A DNA stretch of 64,000 bases. It comes from Mantamonas sphyraenae STR306. Its lineage: Eukaryota; Protista; CRuMs. Of the stretch, positions 34,901 to 44,476 are shown piece after piece; positions within the stretch are counted from its first letter, which is position 1, and each line of letters begins with the position of its first letter. The DNA is taken from NCBI GenBank assembly GCA_026936335.1, contig JAPMXV010000046.1, positions 124,001-188,000 of the forward strand. Direction: 5' to 3'. The notes beneath the pieces are model-generated. The model saw nothing but the letters and a program-made list of their open reading frames with translations, was not told where the DNA came from and made no database searches. Both the position numbers and the translations under genes were made by a program.

Positions 34901-37696
34901 TCTGGCACCATCAACCCGTCCCTGCCCAGAGTCGCGCCAGTGCCGTCCAGCTGCGGTGCCAACTCGTGTTGCAGGTAGCGCACAACGGCGTCCAGGGGTT
35001 TGTCCTCGCTGAGGTCGCGTGTCCACTCTTTGGTGCGGTGGGTGTATGGCACGTTTGAGTTGTACAGCACGTTGATGTTTTCGCAGACGCGCTGAAACAC
35101 ATCCTTGTCCTTGTTGCCAGCCATGATGATGGCCAACGCCAGTCTGCCGTTGCCCAGCTCGAGAGCCAGAGACACCTTGGCAACCACCCCCGTAGGTTGG
35201 TCTTGCGCTGGTCGCCGCGGCAAAACCCACCGTGCGCCGCCTTGCACATTGAAAGCCAACGATACAGCCCTGGCCACACAGTCGGGACCAGACACGGCTT
35301 TCGTCACGTGCCCTCGGCGATTGATGACCTGAAGTCGGAAGTGGTTCTCATTGATGCCGTGCGAGAGCAGAAACAGGGCGCCAACCCACTCGACGATTCT
35401 CGGGTACGTGGTGTGCGCCCTCAACCAGATGGTCTGCTCGTTGTCCACTTCTCGCAGACGCTGTGCGATGTCCTCGACTGACTCGGGCCGGAAGTCCTCA
35501 ACGAGCTTCTGCAATGTCAGGTACGGCTTGATCTTGTTCTTGCGCTTCCTGTTGGTACTCTCCACTGTGCTAAGGGCATTGAGCAGCCTCTGTTGCTGGG
35601 CAGCTGCGACTCCTGGCGAACCTCGCAGCACATCTTCCATGGTGGCCAGCCCAAGGCAAACCACAACCGGGTGCGTGCCACGCACGTGGTCCACAGTCAT
35701 CTTGTCAAAGGCCACGCTCGCCAAATCCAGGATGTTAACCACGCTTGACGACAACCCCGGGGTCTCTTCCATCTGCCCTGCCTCCTCCGTTGCCTCCTTC
35801 TGCTTGACCAACGCTTCCAAGCTGCTCTTGGACACTTTGCCGTTTGGCAGCTCCTTCTTCAGCTCCTTTTCGATGTCACGCACGTCACCCGTGCGCTGCA
35901 CAGTGCCTTGTTCGCTGAACCACACGCAGGTGGCATCCACCTGCTGGTCGTCGACGTACTTCAGGGCGGTGTTGCGCATCCCATGGCCAATGCCGGTCAC
36001 CAAATCCTCACGTGATGCTTCGTTATCGAACCGGACTTGCTCATCGTGGACTTTGGCCTCATGGACCCTGGGCTTGTGGCGTTTGCGTGACCGGTTCCCC
36101 TTCCTCGGTTGCTTTCCCGGCTTCCGCTTCCTCGGTTGCTTTCCCTGCCTTCCCTTCTTCTGCTGCTGGGCAACCTTGTTCCTTGCTGCCTGTTGCACCC
36201 GCACAGGCGCCCGTGAAAGCGACATCGGAGAGGTGGAGCCCAAGGAGAACACAACACGCGCCTGTGTTCCCTGCTGCAGCACGACGTTCCCATCCACATA
36301 CGATGAGTAGTCGTCGTGCACGCGATCGTCATCAAACACCCGCCAATGCGTGTCGTCCACACGCAGGACGAGTACGTAGTGGCCTGCCAAACCATCGCCC
36401 AGATAGATGCCGATGGCCACCGCCTCACTGACGTCCATCCGCTCCACGACGGAGTTGCGTTCGTACGTGATCAAACAGTGTTCGGTGCAGGTGATCTCGT
36501 CTGTTTCCGTGCCAATCACCGTTGAGCATCTTCCACTAGAGCATGTCCATTGGAACTCTGCCACGTGGCCACTGTTAGCAGGCACGCTGGCAATGCTCGC
36601 CTGTGCTTCCACACTGGTCACCTTGTTGCCACACGAACAAAAAGCCTCCCTGGTTGTTGTTGAAAGTGCAGACGGGACGCCAGCGTTTTTGGCCTCCTCA
36701 AAAAGTGCCACGTGCTTCTCGTTTGCCAGCACCCTGTCGTCCAAGGGCACGCGACTGGTGTCAAACGCACGAATGGCATGCTTGCTATCGACACAACTGC
36801 AGAAGGTTGCCCACAAACACCCATAACTGCGGGAGAATGGGAGGCGTGGGGTGAGTGTGTGTGTGCAGGGTGCAGGCGGGCGTGGCGGCGCGCGTGTGGG
36901 CGCGTGTGTGGGGTCGATTCTCGCAACCTACGTCTCAGTCGAGCTTTGCTGGTGCCTCACAAGCCCGGAGTTGGAAACAACGGCGTCTGCATGTAGCAGG
37001 AGCATCCACACTGTGCTGTCGTCAGCAGGAATGCCTTCCATTCCGGTGAGATAGGCGAAGAGACCGACTAAACACCTGCCTTGCCACCTGCAATCTTCAT
37101 GCACGTCCAGAGCCACAAGCCCGTTCGCGCCAACACTGAGAAGCAGCGCACGCACGGCGACGGTAGCGTGACACAACAATGCCATCGGGTTCCTTTGAGA
37201 CGTGGGTTCGAGAGACCTGTCAGCAGCAGAGTCGCGAGCTGCGCCGACACGGGCCAGAAAAAAACCTACTCTATGCCTCTCTTGCACTCTGCTACAGTGG
37301 CACGGACATCCGTCACTGTGTTCAGATGCACCACGGCGTCGGCAACAGTGCGTGTGCTCGGGGAAAGTGCGTCAGCAACGCCAGCGAGAGCATCTGCACG
37401 CTGCTTCTGTGGCGTTGAGTCCCAAACTACCCGTAGTTCCAGGGCAGCACGTGTGAGTGTCTCTCTGCATAGACCCTGCAATACAGGCCATACGTACCTT
37501 TGCACAGCTCGTTGAATACGTATTCAACGTCAATTGCGTTGGGCATCTGCTGATGCGATCCCGTTGCACTCGTTGTCTGCCTTGCTGCCCGAGCGGGAGA
37601 GCTTGGCGTCTCACCAGTGGTTGTGGCGTGGGAGTCTGTGCCAGTTGTTGTTCGTGTAGTACGGGTGGACCGCAGGTTGTATCTGTTGTTGACCAT
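28932..37696 (-). CDS. Giant Fanzor1-like RuvC nuclease fused to a USP (peptidase C19)-like domain and an acidic tandem repeat, ~2,840 aa
   Basis: Predicted in-frame introns at 37427-37497, 37217-37269 and 36827-36931. USP-like boxes NPMALLCHATVAVRAL, HQQSSTE and GHYVLVL...WRVFDDDRV. WED-like SDAGAGVSIF. RuvC-I FVDWG, RuvC-II DEYRTSK, Zn finger HRC...CPRC, RuvC-III QRD, terminal RPVPFSR. Three indels (+2, +1, +1) inside the repeat split it into several track ORFs. Confidence 0.8.
29698..32862 (-). repeat. 66-bp coding tandem repeat, ~48 copies (ENETQALGTEGGD[G/D]AHGDTSSR)
   Basis: Near-identical head-to-tail units with about 3 polymorphic positions and no spacers. Confidence 0.97.
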
Positions 37697-37895
37697 GCGT
37701 TTTGTGTTGCCTGAGCAAGGGGCCGTTGGTCGCAGGAAGGCACTGGCCAGCGATGCCCACCAATACAAAGTTGCTTTTTACACTCGTGTGTTTGGTTGTG
37801 TGCAGATGATACAGTGTGGCGCGGTGCAGCGCCTGTGCGCAGCGGGCCGGACGGCGATGTATGTTCTTCAGCATCTCACCGTCTACATAGAGCTC

Positions 37896-38830
37896 TTATA
37901 TGAACGAACCAATCACACACAAGCGGAAACACGCGTACACGCCGTCCATCACCTCTGGCTCGACCTCACCACATTGGGCATGTGCTGCGCGAGGGGTGGC
38001 CAAGGCTGCACAAGGAGAAAAGATGCAAAAGCAAAACACACCACAGAAGGGGGTGTGTGTGGTGGTACGACGACTCTGTGCAACTGTATGCAAGCGGGTT
38101 GCCCAGTTGAAACGTCCACAATGAAGGGAGGCTGTCAATTGAGTTGGGAAGCAGGGTGCAGCGGAAACGCATCTGCTACATACTGCAGCGACGTTCTCTG
38201 TGCTCTGTTGCGCCCCACTCAGCCCAATTGGAGAGGAAACTCGCCCTTTGGACAAATGAAGGAGGATTTGCTCAGCTAGGTGCTCTCCAACACGGTATTG
38301 CATGAAGGCATGGGGCACATTGTAGGTGATTGATTCCCTTTTGCGCTTCCCCATGCCCCCCCCCTTGTGGCAGACTGCCCCACTCCTCGCCAGAGTCTCT
38401 GTATCATGCTCCTGTCCCACCCACTGCATCATATTCTCCGTCAGTGCGGGCATCAGCCAATGCATAGCTCCACGCTGGTCACAGGCAGTGTACCCCAGTG
38501 TGTGCGCCTCAAACACACACGCTGTGCGACGCAGGGCGGGTGATTCAAGACGACTCTTTGCGAAGGGGTGCAAGCGCCCTGCCCAGTGCCCAGGTGAAGC
38601 GTCCACAATGGTGGGAGATTGTGGGCAGTTGGTGTAGAAGCTGAAACGCTTCTTCATTTCCTCTCGTGAGGAGTTGCACGGCTAGACGTGCAGACCACAC
38701 CCATTCTCTGTGCTATGCGGCGCCCCACTAAGCCCCATTGGAGAACAAGTTCGCCCCCCTCGCACAGACGAAGGAGGATTTGCTCAGCCAGTTTGGTACG
38801 GATTTTTCATCGCCAGCACAGAGAACGCCT
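37896..38830 (-). pseudogene. Possible degenerate cargo ORF with a duplicated ~85-bp module
   Basis: Diverged direct repeat at ~38195-38277 and ~38705-38788, both translating on the minus strand to LAEQILLxL..G..SP.GLSGA..STEN. The second copy is frameshifted. Confidence 0.35.
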
Positions 38831-39127
38831 GGTCAGGAGGTTTGTGCACGCGCGGGACGGCCTTGCCACTGCAACTCTCTCGTGGTATGCCGTGTGGCAC
38901 ATGTCGGTTGTGGATTGCTGGTGATTGTGTGCAGGGTGTGTTGGACACCGCGGTGGTGGTTGGGTTAGAGATCAGTGCTGAACGATTCGGGCGACAGACG
39001 GCTATGCGTCCTTCCCGTGGTGTGTAGAGTGGTCTTGTTCGGTTTTTGGGCTGCTGTGAACGGTGTGCAGGGAGTGTGGGACACCATACTGCTGATTCAG
39101 TTGGAGAATCTTCGTTGCCGCGTTTCA

Positions 39128-40168
39128 TCATGCCACATAGTTCGAGTGTTTGATCCATCCGTTCACTTCCCGCCATCCTACAAAATGTAGGGCATGGTCT
39201 ATGGCAGCCTCTGTGCAGATGTCCACGCGATGGTGGTGCCGCCGCAGCATGGCCTTGAATTTGCTGAACATCTCTTCGATGGGGTTTAGGTAAGGTGAAT
39301 ACGCCGGGAGATACTCCAGCTCGACGCCGTACTGTGCACACAGCTGCTTCACTTCGTCCCCCTTGTGAATCGAGCAGTTATCCAACACAATGACTGACTG
39401 CCTGTACCGCTGCATCCGTGGCAGCAAGCGATGCCGCAAAAAGAAAAGGAAATCCACACGCTTGTGTGCCCCAGTCCGCGTCTGCCAGCACATGAGACCA
39501 TGCCTTCCGCCTCCAATGGCCGCCAGTACAGAGATACTCCGTCTCTGGCGCGAGTAGGTTTGCACAGAGAGGGCGTCGACGCGCGGTTTGTTTCTTCCAC
39601 GGCGACGCCAACACTCGCGGTTGTTGACTCCAGTCTCGTCGACCCACACTACATTCCTTGCGCGCATTCGTGCATCTGTACGTTGTAGCCGTTCAAAATC
39701 GCGCCGCCGCGCACGCACGTGCGGCTTCTTGCGTTCAGCAGGGACAATCTTCAACTTTTTCAGTCGCAACTGATGCCGTTGGCAGAATCTACACAGTGTA
39801 GACAGGGAAACTCGAAGATTGAACTGTCTCGTCAAAGCCAGCTGCATCTCATCAAGATACGTGGCACTGTGCTTCGCTATGAGGCGGACCAGGAATCGTT
39901 TGTGGTGCGCCTGCAATTTTTCTGGCCGCCCACCCGCACGAGGTTGAGGTGCCACACCTCCTGTGGCACGAAACTGGGCAACGTACTTGTGCACAGCACC
40001 TACGCTGACCTTCCAGTGCAAGGCTACCTGCTTCATTGATTGCGGGGGGTTTGCGTTCAGGTAGCCGTTTACAATGTTGAGACGCATCGCTTCCGGGATG
40101 GCTGAACCAGACTTGTACACCCCACCGTGTGTGTTGATCTTGAACGTTGGGTTCATTGCACTGGGCAT
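39128..40168 (-). CDS. IS630/Tc1-family transposase (DD34E) with paired-like HTH
   Basis: VWVDETG, IVLDNCSIHK and LPAYSPYLNPIEEMFS, with 34 residues between the second D and E. N-terminal HTHs. Intact, intronless 346-aa ORF. Confidence 0.95.
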   Translation of the reverse strand: MPSAMNPTFKINTHGGVYKSGSAIPEAMRLNIVNGYLNANPPQSMKQVALHWKVSVGAVHKYVAQFRATGGVAPQPRAGGRPEKLQAHHKRFLVRLIAKHSATYLDEMQLALTRQFNLRVSLSTLCRFCQRHQLRLKKLKIVPAERKKPHVRARRRDFERLQRTDARMRARNVVWVDETGVNNRECWRRRGRNKPRVDALSVQTYSRQRRSISVLAAIGGGRHGLMCWQTRTGAHKRVDFLFFLRHRLLPRMQRYRQSVIVLDNCSIHKGDEVKQLCAQYGVELEYLPAYSPYLNPIEEMFSKFKAMLRRHHHRVDICTEAAIDHALHFVGWREVNGWIKHSNYVA

Positions 40169-40541
40169 GTTGGTTTGGTGACAATTTCTGATCCGTCAGG
40201 TTGGCGTCTGGTGCGCCTTGTCCATCACACCTGCTTGACATCCCTTCTCGTCCACACAATGCATTGTTCGCAAGGATTCATTGTCACCATTGTTTAGATG
40301 ACTTTGGTAAGCTTCTTTCAGTGCACGTGGAAACCGAGGGGAGTGGGAACGATTGGCCGTTAGAGCACAGCCATGAGCACACGCCAAACCGGGGTGTGAA
40401 CATCTCTGTGATCACAAAGAACCCACAGAGGAGTGATATCATGCCTCGGTGAACATTCTATGTGTTTCTGGGCGTTGTTCTCGGTGGTGGAGCCACGTTC
40501 ACGCTCAATTGCAACCAACTCGAACAGCCAACCACAACAGC

Positions 40542-41745
40542 ATGGAAATCTTTGTCAAGACTCTCACGGGCAAAACGCTGACCCTGAAACCTGTGCACTC
40601 TGAGCACACGGTCGAGCACCTCAAAGGCATGATCCAGGACTTGGAGGGCATCCCGCCTGATCAGCAACGCATCATCTTTGCTGGCAAGCAACTGGAAGAC
40701 GGTCGCACCATGAGCGACTACAACATCCAAGACTCGGCGACACTGCATCTTGTTCTGCGGCTCCGTGGCCAGGGTACGTGCGGCCTCGTAGTGGGCAGAA
40801 GGGGTGGGACAAAGAGTTGAGGAATTCACGTGTTTTCAGGAAAAAAGGGAACCAGCTGCAGACGCTCTGACGCCGCACACACACTGCCCACCATGACACT
40901 GTACACAACACAGGTGACATGCTGAGCAACCACATCGAGAGCACAGTGCCCGAGGACGGCAGCGTGGATGTGGAGCTGATGCAGTGCGTTCAGGTCAAGC
41001 TGGACGCCAACATCACCACAGTCAGTGCCGACTGCATCGAGGTGACCAAGGATGGCGGTGGATGGTTCAACAGCGGAGTGGGCGGCCTGGCCATGTGGGA
41101 CAGCAGCTCGCGGACGCTGACGTGGATTCCCGACGAGCCACTGGACCCAGAGAGCGGATACACGGTGAGGCTGAGCAGCAGCGAGCTGGACAACCAGTAC
41201 GGATCTCTGGCGGGGGACTATTCGTTCTCGTTTGTGACGGGCAAGGCGTCGATCATGCTGAAGGTGCGCGAACGTGGAGCGCTGGACGAAGGAGCCGACC
41301 AGGAGAGCAGCAACGACGCAAGCAACTCGGAGGGTGAGGAAGGGGATGAGGAAGGAGAGGGAGGCGATACGAGCAAGAGCATCGAGATTGTGCTGGATGA
41401 GACGCCGTTGTACTCGATCATGAAGGCGATCGCAGCGAAGTTTGAGGGAGGACGCTGTTTGACATCTGCGAGCTGAAGATTGTGCAGGGTGGGCAGAAGT
41501 TTGACCTGAAGGACGACTCTGACGCGATGAATCTGGAGGACGGAGACATGCTGGAGGTTGTGTTTATGGGCAAGCAGGAGAAGGGGGAGATGAAGGATGA
41601 GCTTGCGCAGATGCGTGCAGAGTTGTCGTTCAAGGACGGACAGCTGTTTGAGAAGGACAAGATGATCAAGATGCTGCTGGGGATCAAGGGGCAGGAGGAA
41701 GTGGAAGAGGAAGGAAGTTCATCCAACTCTGTCAAGTCCTTGTGA
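40542..41745 (+). CDS. Ubiquitin-like / Ig-like (Big_5/SbsA-type) fusion protein, copy 1 (1-nt frameshift at G-run 41446-41448)
   Basis: [11 protein letters not shown]...[46 protein letters not shown] intron, then [13 protein letters not shown]...[20 protein letters not shown]...YSFSFVTG. Confidence 0.8.
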
Positions 41746-44465
41746 TCTTTGGATCACAACGAGTGAAGTGCAGATAAGAAAGCAGGAATATACGAACTTC
41801 GAGCTTTATGCACGTTTGTCTATCAGGCATGAGGGCGCCGTGCTGACGGAGGTGCGGGCAGCGTGAGTTGGCGATACGCGCAGGCGAACCCAAGGCAACC
41901 GTTACACATTCCGTCATGCAGATTTTCGTGAAAACACTGACTGGAAAGACACTGACTCTGGAGCTTGAGCCGAATGACACGTTTTATCACGCCAAGGAGC
42001 TGATCCGAGACATGGAAGGCATCCCAACTGATCAGCAACGCCTCATCTTTGCAGGCCAGCAAATGGAGGACTACCAGACTTTGTCCGACCAAAATGTGCA
42101 GAAAGAGTCTACTCTGCATCTTGTGCTGCGTCTCCGTGGCCAGGGTACGTGCGGCCTCGTAGTGGGCAGAAGGGGTGGGACAAAGTGAGGGAATTCACGT
42201 GTTTTCTGGAAAAAGGGAACCAGCTGCAGACGCTCTGACGCCGCACACACACTGCCCACCATCACACTGTACACAACACAGGTGACATGCTGAGCAACCA
42301 CATCGAGAGCACAGTGCCCGAGGACGGCAGCGTGGATGTGGAGCTGATGCAGTGCGTTCAGGTCAAGCTGGACGCCAACATCACCACAGTCAGTGCCGAC
42401 TGCATCGAGGTGACCAAGGATGGCGGTGGATGGTTCAACAGCGGAGTGGGCGGCCTGGCCATGTGGGACAGCAGCTCGCGGACGCTGACGTGGATTCCCG
42501 ACGAGCCACTGGACCCAGAGAGCGGATACACGGTGAGGCTGAGCAGCAGCGAGCTGGACAACCAGTACGGATCTCTGGCGGGGGACTATTCGTTCTCGTT
42601 TGTGACGGGCAAGGCGTCGATCATGCTGAAGGTGCGCGAACGTGGAGCGCTGGACGAAGGAGCCGACCAGGAGAGCAGCAACGACGCAAGCAACTCGGAG
42701 GGTGAGGAAGGGGATGAGGAAGGAGAGGGAGGCGATACGAGCAAGAGCATCGAGATTGTGCTGGATGAGACGCCGTTGTACTCGATCATGAAGGCGATCG
42801 CAGCGAAGTTTGAGGGGAGGACGCTGTTTGACATCTGCGAGCTGAAGATTGTGCAGGGTGGGCAGAAGTTTGACCTGAAGGACGACTCTGACGCGATGAA
42901 TCTGGAGGACGGAGACATGCTGGAGGTTGTGTTTATGGGCAAGCAGGAGAAGGGGGAGATGAAGGATGAGCTTGCGCAGATGCGTGCAGAGTTGTCGTTC
43001 AAGGACGGACAGCTGTTTGAGAAGGACAAGATGATCAAGATGCTGCTGGGGATCAAGGGGCAGGAGGAAGTGGAAGAGGAAGGAAGTTCATCCAACTCTG
43101 TCAAGTCCTTGTGATCTTTGGATCACAACGAGTGAAGTGCAGATAAGAAAGCAGGAATATACGAACTTCGAGCTTTATGCACGTTTGTCTATCAGGCATG
43201 AGGGCGCCGTGCTGACGGAGGTGCGGGCAGCGTGAGTTGGCGATACGCGCAGGCGAACCCAAGGCAACCGTTACACATTCCGTCATGCAGATTTTCGTGA
43301 AAACACTGACTGGAAAGACACTGACTCTGGAGCTTGAGCCGAATGACACGTTTTATCACGCCAAGGAGCTGATCCGAGACATGGAAGGCATCCCAACTGA
43401 TCAGCAACGCCTCATCTTTGCAGGCCAGCAAATGGAGGACTACCAGACTTTGTCCGACCAAAATGTGCAGAAAGAGTCTACTCTGCATCTTGTGCTGCGT
43501 CTCCGTGGCCAGGGTACGTGCGGCCTCGTAGTGGGCAGAAGGGGTGGGACAAAGTGAGGGAATTCACGTGTTTTCTGGAAAAAAGGGAACCAGCTGCAGA
43601 CGCTCTGACGCCGCACACACACTGCCCACCATCACACTGTACACAACACAGGTGACATGCTGAGCAACCACATCGAGAGCACAGTGCCCGAGGACGGCAG
43701 CGTGGATGTGGAGCTGATGCAGTGCGTTCAGGTCAAGCTGGACGCCAACATCACCACAGTCAGTGCCGACTGCATCGAGGTGACCAAGGATGGCGGTGGA
43801 TGGTTCAACAGCGGAGTGGGCGGCCTGGCCATGTGGGACAGCAGCTCGCGGACGCTGACGTGGATTCCCGACGAGCCACTGGACCCAGAGAGCGGATACA
43901 CGGTGAGGCTGAGCAGCAGCGAGCTGGACAACCAGTACGGATCTCTGGCGGGGGACTATTCGTTCTCGTTTGTGACGGGCAAGGCGTCGATCATGCTGAA
44001 GGTGCGCGAACGTGGAGCGCTGGACGAAGGAGCCGACCAGGAGAGCAGCAACGACGCAAGCAACTCGGAGGGTGAGGAAGGGGATGAGGAAGGAGAGGGA
44101 GGCGATACGAGCAAGAGCATCGAGATTGTTCTGGATGAGACGCCGTTGTATTCGATCATGAAGGCGATCGGAGCGAAGTTTGAGGGGAGGACGCTGTTTG
44201 ACATCTGCGAGCTGAAGATTGTGCAGGGTGGGCAGAAGTTTGACCTGAAGGACGACTCTGACGCGATGAATCTGGAGGACGGAGACATGCTGGAGGTTGT
44301 GTTTATGGGCAAGCAGGAGAAGGGGGAGATGAAGGATGAGCTTGCGCAGATGCGTGCAGAGTTGTCGTTCAAGGACGGACAGCTGTTTGAGAAGGACAAG
44401 ATGATCAAGATGCTGCTGGGGATCAAGGGGCAGGAGGAAGAGGGAGAAGGAGGGAGTTCATCCTG
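40740..44465. repeat. Tandem segmental repeat, period ~1369 bp (about 2.7 units)
   Basis: Near-identical sequence at an offset of 1369 bp, e.g. ATG 41916 versus 43285. Confidence 0.95.
41916..43114 (+). CDS. Ubiquitin-like / Ig-like fusion protein, copy 2
   Basis: [11 protein letters not shown]... exon plus the same intron and 275-aa second exon. Intact. Confidence 0.85.
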
Positions 44466-44466
44466 A
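43285..44466 (+). CDS. Ubiquitin-like / Ig-like fusion protein, copy 3
   Basis: First exon identical to copy 2, with a distinct 3' end ([10 protein letters not shown]). Confidence 0.85.
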
Positions 44467-44476
44467 ATTCAGCCGG

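Larger units (their letters stand above)
28758..40458 (-). mobile_element. IS630/Tc1-family DNA transposon carrying a giant Fanzor cargo (~11.7 kb, ends tentative)
   Basis: Co-oriented DD34E transposase and RuvC gene between two divergent host genes. TA at 28756-28757 and 40459-40460 rebuilds the palindrome CATATG. Only weak terminal similarity, with no clean TIR. Confidence 0.7.

Noticed and set aside
39128-40168. Bacterial contamination (IS630 with TnpB)
   Set aside because: The cargo gene has predicted spliceosomal introns and a USP-like domain, the RuvC has the Fanzor-type motif order, and the element is contiguous with intron-containing host genes.
28730-40504. GCGTGAACG/CGTTCACGC as the element TIR
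   Set aside because: Only 9 bp, not flanked by TA on both sides, and positioned like promoter motifs. Kept only as an alternative.
40542-44466. Polyubiquitin locus
   Set aside because: The Ubl exons are divergent, lack the terminal GG, and are each spliced to an unrelated exon.
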